Of a stretch of 61,605 nt of DNA, positions 27,589-35,644 are shown one piece after another. A program made the position numbers and the translations under genes. Under the pieces are notes generated by a model. It made no database searches. It was not told the origin of the DNA and worked only from the letters and a program-made list of their open reading frames with translations. How positions within the stretch are numbered: the stretch's first letter is position 1; every line of letters starts with the position of its first letter. The DNA is from Vicinamibacteria bacterium (GTDB lineage Bacteria > Acidobacteriota > Vicinamibacteria > Marinacidobacterales > SMYC01), in the NCBI GenBank assembly GCA_035620555.1, contig DASPGQ010000226.1, positions 1 to 61,605 on the forward strand, in the 5' to 3' direction.

Positions 27589-28587
27589 ATGCAATTCGGA
27601 ATCTGTTTCAAAGGCGATCTCGATCCCGGACGGACGAAGTCGATCTGTCGCCAGGCGGAGCTCGCCGGATTCGAGTACGCCTGGTTCTACGATTCACACA
27701 TTTTGTGGCGCGATCCCTATCCGGTCATGGCGATGTGCATGGAGCACACTCGGAACATGCGCTTCGGCCCCTGTGTGACCAATCCGGACGTCCGCGACTG
27801 GTCGGTGGCGGCGAGCCTCTTCGGCAGCCTTGCGGTGCAGAGTGACGGTCGGATCGACATCTGCGTGGGCCGAGGTGACAGCTCGCGGCGCATGATGGGT
27901 TTCAAGCCTGCGAGCATCAGCCGAATGAACGATTTCATTGCCGCGGTGAAGGCGATGTGCCGGGGCGAGCGCGTCGTTTACGACGGCTGCCCCTCGGGCG
28001 CGCAGTTGACCTGGAGCCAGTTCGACCTGCCTGTCTGGATCGCGGCCTACGGACCCAAGGCTCTTGCCGCCGCGGGAGAGCACGGAGATGGACTGGTCCT
28101 CCAGCTCGGTGAGCCCGGCCTTTGCCGGTGGTTCGTCTCCCAAGCCCTCGAGGCGGGGAAGAAGGCGGGACGGGACATGTCGACTTACCGGGTCATGGCG
28201 GCCGCGCCCGCGTGGATCGGGCCCATGGAGAGCTGCATCGCACAGACCCGGTGGTTTCCCGCCATGGTGGGAAACCACGTGGCCGACATCGTCGAAAAGT
28301 ATGGCCGGGACTCGAACCTCGTTCCCGCAAGCTTCACCGAGTACATCGAACGGCGCAAGGGTTACGACTACCATGAACACGCCAAGAAGGACGCAAGTCA
28401 TCTCGACTTTGTCACCGACGACGTCGTCGAGAGCTTCTCGGTCCTGGGCCCTGCCGAAAACCATGTCGGGAAACTCAAGGAGCTGGAAGCCGCGGGGATC
28501 ACCCAGTTCACCATCTACCTGATGAACACCGAAGAAGAGCGGATCGTGGCCGAGTACGGCGACAAGGTGATCCCGCACTTTGTCTAG
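27589..28587 (+). CDS. Luciferase-like (LLM class) oxidoreductase, probably F420-dependent subgroup
   Basis: MQFGICF...GFEYAWFYDSHILWRDPY...FGPCVTNPDVRDWSVAASLFGSLA...VGRGDSSRRMMG resembles the Mer/F420-type LLM family. The track start TTG 27583 is an alternative. Confidence 0.7.
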   Translation: MQFGICFKGDLDPGRTKSICRQAELAGFEYAWFYDSHILWRDPYPVMAMCMEHTRNMRFGPCVTNPDVRDWSVAASLFGSLAVQSDGRIDICVGRGDSSRRMMGFKPASISRMNDFIAAVKAMCRGERVVYDGCPSGAQLTWSQFDLPVWIAAYGPKALAAAGEHGDGLVLQLGEPGLCRWFVSQALEAGKKAGRDMSTYRVMAAAPAWIGPMESCIAQTRWFPAMVGNHVADIVEKYGRDSNLVPASFTEYIERRKGYDYHEHAKKDASHLDFVTDDVVESFSVLGPAENHVGKLKELEAAGITQFTIYLMNTEEERIVAEYGDKVIPHFV

Positions 28588-28590
28588 CTG

Positions 28591-29007
28591 CTAGCCGGAA
28601 AGGAAGCGCTCGAAGATCGCGCGGAGCTCGTCGTCGAGCGCAACCGGCTCGAAGCTGTCCAGATCGACGAGAACCGTAGTGATGTCGGCGTGGAACGTGA
28701 GCGTGCCATCGCGTTTTCGGCGAATGTCGTAGGCGAAGGTCACCGACGAGCGACCGATCCGGCGAACGACGAGCTCCACGATCGCGACGTCCCCGTAGGC
28801 GAGAGGAGCCTTGAACTCGCTCGTGATCGCGACGGTGGGAAACCCCAGTCTCCTTTCGGCCACCAGGGAAGGGTAAGAGAGCGGCGCCGCCGTGTCGAAA
28901 AAGTCCTCGAAGGCCGCGTGACAGATATGGAAGAACTGGGGGTAATAGACGATTCCTGCCCCATCGACGTCGTCGAAGCGAATTTTCTGTACGCTGACGA
29001 AGGCCAG
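28591..29007 (-). CDS. 4HBT/YbgC-type acyl-CoA thioesterase (hotdog fold) with a non-canonical start
   Basis: The track lists only 28591..28863 (GTG). The same frame stays open upstream and encodes the essential N-terminal part of the fold: ELAFVSVQKIRFDDVDGAGIVYYPQFFHICHAAFEDFF. No ATG, GTG or TTG is available there. CTG 29007 sits 1 nt after the GWxTD stop. Confidence 0.6.
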   Translation of the reverse strand: MAFVSVQKIRFDDVDGAGIVYYPQFFHICHAAFEDFFDTAAPLSYPSLVAERRLGFPTVAITSEFKAPLAYGDVAIVELVVRRIGRSSVTFAYDIRRKRDGTLTFHADITTVLVDLDSFEPVALDDELRAIFERFLSG

Positions 29008-29008
29008 C

Positions 29009-31093
29009 TCAGGAGCCTTTCGACTGACCGAGAGAAGAGAGTCGCTCTTTCACGGTCGCCTGCTCGGGATCGAGCTCGAGCGAGCGTTCGAAGGCTTCCC
29101 GGGCGCGATCGAGATCGCCGAGCCGCAGATGGCTATCCCCGAGTGTATTGAGGAGCATGGTATCGGCAGGGCGGATCTGCCGGGCGCGATCGAGGTAGGA
29201 AGCCGCCTTCGAGAAGTCTCCCTTGAGGTAAAAAGCGAAACCCAGCCCGGAAACGACATCGTACTGGCCGGGAAACGGCTCTTCGAGGGGAAGGAGCAGG
29301 CCGAGCGCTTCGTCGGGCTTTTCCTCGCGAAGATAGGCATGGGCGAGCTTCCAGCGAGCATCGGGCAACCGGGGGTTTCCGGTGGCGACCGCCTTTTCGA
29401 GCGCCGCTTTGGCCTCGTCGAAACGACCCAGGTTCCAGAGCTGTTCTCCCCTGATGAAGTCGAGCAGTCCTGGCACCCGGGTGTTGAAACCTCTGCGGTA
29501 TACGAACGCCGGCCGACTCGCGGCGGAGCGCGGCGAGATGGTCACCGGCACGCTCTTCTCGGAGACGACGCCGCCGTCTCCGGAGAGGAGCCGGGCGGTC
29601 AGCTCGTAATTGCCGCCGACCATCTCGTCGAGCCGGATGTGGTCCAGGACCATTCCGCCGGCGCCGACGCTCGCGTCCAGGGATTTGGCAACCTCCTCCC
29701 CGTTCGCGAGCTCCAAGCGAACCTTCTGACCCGGGCCGGCGCCAAAAGCCTGAACGATGACGTGGACCGTATCGCCGATCACGAAAAGGTTGTCGCTCGC
29801 CGGAAGAAAGCGGGTGGGGCCGACTTGAAACGTGCGAATCTCGTCGTCGGCGATGTCCTTCGCGTCCACGAGCTGGGTATCGAACGCGAGCACGACGTCG
29901 CCCACGAATGCCGGGCTCGCTTCGGGGTCACGAATGCTCAGCTCCCTCTCCGCCACGGTGTACTGATGAATGACGCGGTTTCTCACGACGACGGTCACGG
30001 TGTAGTCGCCGGGAACTAGCGGGAACCCGTCCTGGTAGGCAAAGGGAAAGGCCTTGATCTGATCGACCTGACTCGGGGTGAGCTCGACGTAGGCCTCCTT
30101 GTCGTTTGCGACGACCAGGGATCCCTCTTTGGTCCGTGCTTCGATGGTGACGTCGAGCGTCGTGTAGTACTTGGACTGATTCTCGTCGGTCTCCAAGGTG
30201 AAATTCTGCGGATCGATCTCGACGCTGAACTGCACGACCGGGGTCCCACCCGGCTCGTACAGCACGGCGAAGCTGGAGCGCGACGGAACGAAGTTGAACG
30301 AGTACTCCGCCGAGACGCGATTCCCGTAGCGGAGCCAGGCATCGGCGTAGTCGGTGCGAATCGCTCTCTTGGGCGAGTCCTCGATCCGGGCGAGCATCAT
30401 CTCGGTGCCAAGCGAGGGACGTCCGGTGGTGAAGTCCGGCGGCTCGCTCGTGTCGAACGACAACGAGGCCGCCGCCAGCTCCGGGGATATCTGGCGGAGC
30501 GCTTCGACCGCGGGAGCGTTCTCGGAGCCCGGGGTGAACTGGCTTCCGGTCATCAGAGCCTGAGGACCGTCGACGATAGGATGATAGAGACGATACTCTC
30601 CGATGTCGTTCCTCTTGAAGAACATCAGATAGAAGAAGGAAGGAACACCCAGCAGCGGGTCCCCTTGATAGAACCACAGCTCGGTCGACACGATCTCGGA
30701 ATAGCCTTCGTAACGCTGTGTCTCCCGGGGCTCGCCGAGCAGGATGTAGTAACGACCGCGGTCCGTCCGCCAGCCTTCGCGGAAAGTCTCGCGGCCGAGA
30801 TAAGTATTGGCGTGATCGATGCGTCGGTAGTGCTCGTCCCTGTATTCGTTCGCCGGTGTCGCGGGGTTGGGATCGCGCTTGCGCCAGAAGGCCTCGATGA
30901 ACCGCTCGCGCTCCTCCTCGGTCTCGAGAGACAAAAAGACGTCGCGCTCTCGCTCGGTGATGATGTAGACGACGTCGCGCTCCAGCCAGGAGCGGTGAGC
31001 TTCCGAGAGTCGATCGACGCGGTCGTCCGCCCCGAGGACCGGGGCGATCAGAACGAGCGCGACGAGAAATGCCGGGGCGTTGAAGCTTACCAT
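29009..31093 (-). CDS. GWxTD domain protein with C-terminal TPR repeats (secreted)
   Basis: Signal peptide MVSFNAPAFLVALVLIAPVLGA. FIEAFWRKRDP...REGWRTDRGRYYILLGEP is the GWxTD signature. TPR repeats at the C-terminus. Confidence 0.85.
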   Translation of the reverse strand: MVSFNAPAFLVALVLIAPVLGADDRVDRLSEAHRSWLERDVVYIITERERDVFLSLETEEERERFIEAFWRKRDPNPATPANEYRDEHYRRIDHANTYLGRETFREGWRTDRGRYYILLGEPRETQRYEGYSEIVSTELWFYQGDPLLGVPSFFYLMFFKRNDIGEYRLYHPIVDGPQALMTGSQFTPGSENAPAVEALRQISPELAAASLSFDTSEPPDFTTGRPSLGTEMMLARIEDSPKRAIRTDYADAWLRYGNRVSAEYSFNFVPSRSSFAVLYEPGGTPVVQFSVEIDPQNFTLETDENQSKYYTTLDVTIEARTKEGSLVVANDKEAYVELTPSQVDQIKAFPFAYQDGFPLVPGDYTVTVVVRNRVIHQYTVAERELSIRDPEASPAFVGDVVLAFDTQLVDAKDIADDEIRTFQVGPTRFLPASDNLFVIGDTVHVIVQAFGAGPGQKVRLELANGEEVAKSLDASVGAGGMVLDHIRLDEMVGGNYELTARLLSGDGGVVSEKSVPVTISPRSAASRPAFVYRRGFNTRVPGLLDFIRGEQLWNLGRFDEAKAALEKAVATGNPRLPDARWKLAHAYLREEKPDEALGLLLPLEEPFPGQYDVVSGLGFAFYLKGDFSKAASYLDRARQIRPADTMLLNTLGDSHLRLGDLDRAREAFERSLELDPEQATVKERLSSLGQSKGS

Positions 31094-31100
31094 CTCGAGC

Positions 31101-32504
31101 TCAGCGTGTGGAGGACGGTTCCTTCCTCTCGAGCGAGATATTATAGCGCTTGATCATCTCGTTCAGCGTGGTGGGCTTGAGTCCCAGCAGCTCGGCGGCC
31201 TTTTTCTGCACTCCGCCCGAGGTTTCCAGGCTCGACTCGATGAGGCGTTTCTCCACGGCGTGGATGACATCGCGAAAATCGATTCCCTCTTCGGGAACCA
31301 CGACATTGGGCAATCGGAATGTCGGGCCCGAGCGCACGTGTTCGGGAATCAGGCGCCGATCGATCACCGATCCCTCGGCGAGAACCACGGCCCGCTCGAT
31401 GACGTTCTCGAGCTCCCTCACGTTGCCGGGCCAATCGTAGTCCAGCAGCGATTGAATCGCTTCGCTGGACAGCTCGAGGAGCGGACGGCCGTTCTCCTCA
31501 CCGTACTTCTTCAAGAAGTGCTGAGCGAGGATCGGGATATCTTCCCGCCGCTGGCGCAGGGCGGGGAGCAGTACATTGATGACGTTGAGACGGTAATAGA
31601 GGTCCTCGCGAAACCTGCCCGCGTCGACCAGGGACTTGAGGTCGCTGTTGGTCGCGGCGATGACCCGGACGTCCACTCGGATCGTGTCGACCCCACCGAG
31701 CCTCATGAACTCGCGCTCCTGAATGACTCGCAGGAGCTTCGCCTGAGTCTCGAGTGGCACCGTGCCAATCTCGTCGAGGAAAATGCTCCCCCCGTCCGCA
31801 ACCTCGAAGAGGCCCTTCTTTGGACTGACCGCCCCGGTGAAAGCGCCCTTCACGTGACCGAAGAGATTGCTTTCGAGGAGATCGGGGGGCAGGTTCCCCG
31901 AGTTCACCGGTACGAACTGCTTGGCTCGGCGAGCACTGTGATTGTGTATGGCTTTCGCCACCAGCTCCTTTCCGGTACCGCTCTCACCGGTAATGAGCAC
32001 GGTGCTCTTGGAAGGGGCGATCTGCTGGATCAGGGAATATACGTCCTGCATTCGCGGCGACTTGCCGACGAGCACGTCGAATCGCTGCCGGTCGGAGAGC
32101 GCCTGCCTCAACGAGCGGTTCTCGTCGACCAGCCGGCGCTGTCCCACTCCTTTGGAAACGACGACGCGGACTTCCTCGTTCTTGAACGGTTTGGTGACGT
32201 AATCGAACGCACCACGTTTCATCGCTTCGATGGCGGTCTCGACCGATGCATAGGCGGTGATCATCACCACGACGAGCTCGGGGTCGGCCTTCTTCAGCTC
32301 GTCGAGCACCTCGATGCCGGAACGGTCGGGCAGCATGACGTCGACGATTGCCAGGTCAACCGGCTCCCGGTTGGCGATGGAAAGGCCCTCCCCGCCCGTC
32401 GAAGCGAGCTTGACGCGATAACCTTCCTGAGTCAGCAGCGAGCCCAGGATCTCCCGCATCACGTCCTCGTCGTCGACGACGAGGATGGTTCCCGCGTCAG
32501 ACAT
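31101..32504 (-). CDS. Sigma-54-dependent response regulator (NtrC family: REC + AAA+ + Fis-type HTH)
   Basis: ORF trimmed to ATG 32504, which overlaps the kinase stop (ATGTCTGA). ILVVDDEDVMREIL...DLAIVDVMLPD (REC), GESGTGKE (Walker A), GAFTGA (sigma-54 contact loop), C-terminal AAELLGLKPTTLNEMIKRYNI. Confidence 0.92.
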   Translation of the reverse strand: MSDAGTILVVDDEDVMREILGSLLTQEGYRVKLASTGGEGLSIANREPVDLAIVDVMLPDRSGIEVLDELKKADPELVVVMITAYASVETAIEAMKRGAFDYVTKPFKNEEVRVVVSKGVGQRRLVDENRSLRQALSDRQRFDVLVGKSPRMQDVYSLIQQIAPSKSTVLITGESGTGKELVAKAIHNHSARRAKQFVPVNSGNLPPDLLESNLFGHVKGAFTGAVSPKKGLFEVADGGSIFLDEIGTVPLETQAKLLRVIQEREFMRLGGVDTIRVDVRVIAATNSDLKSLVDAGRFREDLYYRLNVINVLLPALRQRREDIPILAQHFLKKYGEENGRPLLELSSEAIQSLLDYDWPGNVRELENVIERAVVLAEGSVIDRRLIPEHVRSGPTFRLPNVVVPEEGIDFRDVIHAVEKRLIESSLETSGGVQKKAAELLGLKPTTLNEMIKRYNISLERKEPSSTR

Positions 32505-35400
32505 GCTTCGACACGCCGGCCGTGCGGTTCGCCCGCACGAGGTCATCGGCACCGGGAGCCCGGACTCGGTTGTGAGTCGGGAGAAGCAAACGGAAGCTCG
32601 TTCCCTGGTCGACGGCGCTCTCCACTGCGATCTGCCCCGAATGCTCCTGGATGATCCCGTAAGTGATGGAGAGTCCGAGACCGGTCCCACTCGCCCCGGC
32701 CCGCTTCGTCGTGAAGAACGGATCGTAGATCCGCTTGACATCCTCCTGGCGGATTCCGAGACCGGTATCCGATACGGACACCGACACATTGTCCCCTTCG
32801 GTCGCGGTTCGAATGCTCAGCCACCCCCCGGATGGCATGGCATCCTGAGCATTCAAGATCAGGTTCAGGAAGACTTGTTGAAGTTTGTTCTCGTCTCCGA
32901 GCACGTCGGCGAGATCCTCGCCGAGATCCAGCCGGACCTTGATCCGCGCTCGAGTGAGCTGGTGCTCCAGCAGCGACAGAACGTCGCGCACCACGTCGTT
33001 CAGCTTGACGGGGACGAGACTGGATCGGCCCTGCCGCGCGAAATTGAGCAGATTGTTGACGATCTTCGAGGCGCGCTCCGTTTGGCGCTCGATCTTGTGA
33101 AGAAGCTCGGACCGGGGATCGGACTCGGTCGTCTGGTCCCGGAGCATTTGAGTGAAGCTGCTGATTCCCGTGAGGGGGGTGTTGATCTCGTGGGCGACAC
33201 CGGCGGCGAGGAGACCGAGAGAAGCCATCTTCTCGCGAAGTTGCAGCTGGGTCTCGAGCTCGACCCTCAGGGTGATGTCTTCGAAAATGACGATCGTTCC
33301 TTCCGGCCGTTCGTCGCTGGTGAGGAAGGGAGCTACCTGTAGCTTGACGACCTTCTTCTCCTGGCGCATGTTCTGCAGGTTGAGACGCGCGATGCCGCTC
33401 GTCTCCGCCGTCTTCCACCAATCCGCGCCCATCGAAGATCTCAACGCCTCGCGCAGCGGCTCGGGGAAGATGTCGTTGAAGCTCCTCCCGAGCGCCCGAT
33501 CCCGCGGCAGTCCGTAGAATTTCTCCAGCGCGCGGTTCCAGCGAACCACGGTGCCCTCGAGATCGACCACGAGGATTCCGGTCTCCAGAGACTCGATGGT
33601 GTTCTCGCTATGCTCCTTCAGGGCCTCGAACTCGCTCGCTTTACGCTGGAGCGAGCGATACAAACTCGCGTTCTCGAGCGCGGTGGCGGCCTGCGCCGAA
33701 AGCATGACGAGCAGATCCATGTCCTCGCTCGTGAGCGAGCTCTCGTCCCACCTCCGACCCAGCAGGATCACGCCGACCACCTTGCCGTGCGAGCAGCAGG
33801 GAATCGCGTAGGAAAGTCCGGAGATATCGAGGCTCTCGAAGGCTCCGTTCGCCGTGCCCAGCTCCGTCTCGCCCGAATAGACCGCTTCGCCCTCCGACAG
33901 CCGCCGGTAGAGCGAAGACCCTTCCGAAAGCCTCGTGCTCCGCCACTCGCTCTCGCTGAGCCCCCGTCCCGCTTGAACCGCGAGGCCCTCTTCGGAAGAC
34001 GCCGCGAGAAGCGCCACCTTGTCCACCTCGAAAGTGTCTCCGATGCGATCGACGAGCCTCGAGGAGAGCCGATCGAGGTCGAGGTGGGAGTTGAGGTCTC
34101 TCGAGAGCGCCATGAGCGCGCGCCGGTAGTCGTAGCGCTCCCGATAGAAGAGCCGGTCGATACCGACCTGAATTCGGCTCTTGATTGGCGTGAACACCAG
34201 AACCACGATGAGCGCCGCGAGTACCGCCAAGATCGTGGAGTGCTCGTCGCCCACCATGTAGTGGGCGCCCGCGAGGAAGATCGCCAGATAGAGACTGCCC
34301 ACGGCCGCGGTCGCGAGGGTGAAGACCATGCCGCGTTTGAACAGCACCTCCACGTCCATCAGGCGGTACTTGACGATGGCATAGGCGAAGGAAAGCGGGA
34401 TGAGCGCCAGGGGGACGACCGAAAGTTGCATCGTGAGCCCGGGCGCCACTCCGAGGAGATAGGGAATCGCGTAGAACAGGGCGAAGGGAAGCACTCCCAG
34501 GGCGGTGCCCCACACGATCCATTTAGTCTGCTTCTTTACCGTGATGCGTGTCGCATTGCGCTGGGTGTCGACGAACGCGATCAGAGCCGAGACCGACATG
34601 ACCGCGACGAAGGTGGGCAGGATCCGATCGAGGAAGTCGTGGGCATCGATGAGGAACCGATCCCCCCAGGCGAGCGGAGAGAAGAACGCAACCCCCGCGG
34701 CCAGGCTCAAATAGAGCAGGATCGCCGACGGCGCATAGATTGCCCAGAGGATCCATGGGTGCCTGATTACGAGAGTCTTCTTGTCGGGAAAGCACAGAGC
34801 GAAATGCAGAAAGATGGGCGGGAAGAACAACAATCCCGAAAGCTCCATCGAGAAGAACGCGCGGTCCCACCCGTCGAGCTCGCCGGTGAAGGAGAACCCG
34901 TAGGCGAGAAACCAGAACAGGCAGAGCATGTAGAAGTGGGCGGTCGCCGCTTCGCCCCTCCGGCGAACGTAGACGACCGTCCCCACCGCCAGACAGAAGA
35001 TCCCCACCGCGGCGAGGAAGTAGTACGCGGGGACGTTTCCCGTGGGAAGAGGGGTGACGGTCAAGGCCAGCGCCTCGCGGGTATCCTCCCTCAGAATCTG
35101 GTACCGGAGCAGCTGACCCGCACGGGAAGCGTCGAGAGCTTCTCGGACGGCGGCGGCTCGCTCGACCGGCTCGTCTTCGATCAGAACGAGAATGTCGCCT
35201 GGTTGCAGGCCCGCTCGATCCCCCGGACCGTTGGGATCGATGCGTTTGGCGTACACGCGGCCCGCCTGCTCGTCCCAGAAAACGCCGTCGTCGAGGAGCT
35301 CGAAGCGGTTCTTTTCGCGAATGTTATGGAGCGCGCAGGCAAGCAGAAGAGTGCTCGTGATGATCACGAGGCCGATCTTCCACGAACCGAAACGCTCCAT
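32497..35400 (-). CDS. Sensor histidine kinase: TM - periplasmic PDZ - polytopic membrane domain - GAF - PAS - HisKA - HATPase
   Basis: ORF trimmed to ATG 35400. PDZ-like segment GRVYAKRIDPNGPGDRAGLQPGDILVLIEDEPV between TM1 and a block of about 8-10 TM helices. H-box AAGVAHEINTPLTGI. N and G boxes LNLILNAQDAM, DTGLGI, GTGLGLS. Confidence 0.88.
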   Translation of the reverse strand: MERFGSWKIGLVIITSTLLLACALHNIREKNRFELLDDGVFWDEQAGRVYAKRIDPNGPGDRAGLQPGDILVLIEDEPVERAAAVREALDASRAGQLLRYQILREDTREALALTVTPLPTGNVPAYYFLAAVGIFCLAVGTVVYVRRRGEAATAHFYMLCLFWFLAYGFSFTGELDGWDRAFFSMELSGLLFFPPIFLHFALCFPDKKTLVIRHPWILWAIYAPSAILLYLSLAAGVAFFSPLAWGDRFLIDAHDFLDRILPTFVAVMSVSALIAFVDTQRNATRITVKKQTKWIVWGTALGVLPFALFYAIPYLLGVAPGLTMQLSVVPLALIPLSFAYAIVKYRLMDVEVLFKRGMVFTLATAAVGSLYLAIFLAGAHYMVGDEHSTILAVLAALIVVLVFTPIKSRIQVGIDRLFYRERYDYRRALMALSRDLNSHLDLDRLSSRLVDRIGDTFEVDKVALLAASSEEGLAVQAGRGLSESEWRSTRLSEGSSLYRRLSEGEAVYSGETELGTANGAFESLDISGLSYAIPCCSHGKVVGVILLGRRWDESSLTSEDMDLLVMLSAQAATALENASLYRSLQRKASEFEALKEHSENTIESLETGILVVDLEGTVVRWNRALEKFYGLPRDRALGRSFNDIFPEPLREALRSSMGADWWKTAETSGIARLNLQNMRQEKKVVKLQVAPFLTSDERPEGTIVIFEDITLRVELETQLQLREKMASLGLLAAGVAHEINTPLTGISSFTQMLRDQTTESDPRSELLHKIERQTERASKIVNNLLNFARQGRSSLVPVKLNDVVRDVLSLLEHQLTRARIKVRLDLGEDLADVLGDENKLQQVFLNLILNAQDAMPSGGWLSIRTATEGDNVSVSVSDTGLGIRQEDVKRIYDPFFTTKRAGASGTGLGLSITYGIIQEHSGQIAVESAVDQGTSFRLLLPTHNRVRAPGADDLVRANRTAGVSKHV

Positions 35401-35486
35401 TACCGTTCGATCTCTACTCTTTGGGGTACGCCTCGCGGGCGACACGCACCCAGGCGACGAACCGATATCCGCATACGCCAACTCCT

Positions 35487-35502
35487 AGCAATTCTCGTTC
35501 CT
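35487..35502 (-). promoter_or_regulatory. Candidate sigma-54 (-24/-12) promoter upstream of the kinase-regulator operon
   Basis: The minus strand reads AGGAACGAGAATTGCT, against the consensus TGGCACG-N4-TTGCW. GG and GC have the correct spacing, and 10 of 12 specified positions match. It lies 87 nt upstream of ATG 35400. Confidence 0.45.
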
Positions 35503-35644
35503 CCTCATACCCCGATACGAGGTGGATAAGCTATTCTAGCAAAGGGAGTTAATACTTGGTACCTGTCGCACCCCCAATCAAGTGTCCACATATTTGGATC
35601 CAGCATCCAAAAAGCAGGATCCGGGTTTGGGGGAAGAATCGACG

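Noticed and set aside
35556-35570. TTGGTACCTGTCGCA on the plus strand, which looks like a sigma-54 promoter
   Set aside because: The GG to GC spacing is 8 nt instead of 10. It also points at the 3' end of a minus-strand gene.
35596-35622. Hairpin GGATCCAGC-N9-GCAGGATCC just after the OMP gene stop, as a possible intrinsic terminator
   Set aside because: The stem has an internal mismatch. On the transcribed (minus) strand it is followed by an A-rich tract, not a U-rich one. It is at best a weak or Rho-assisted stop signal.
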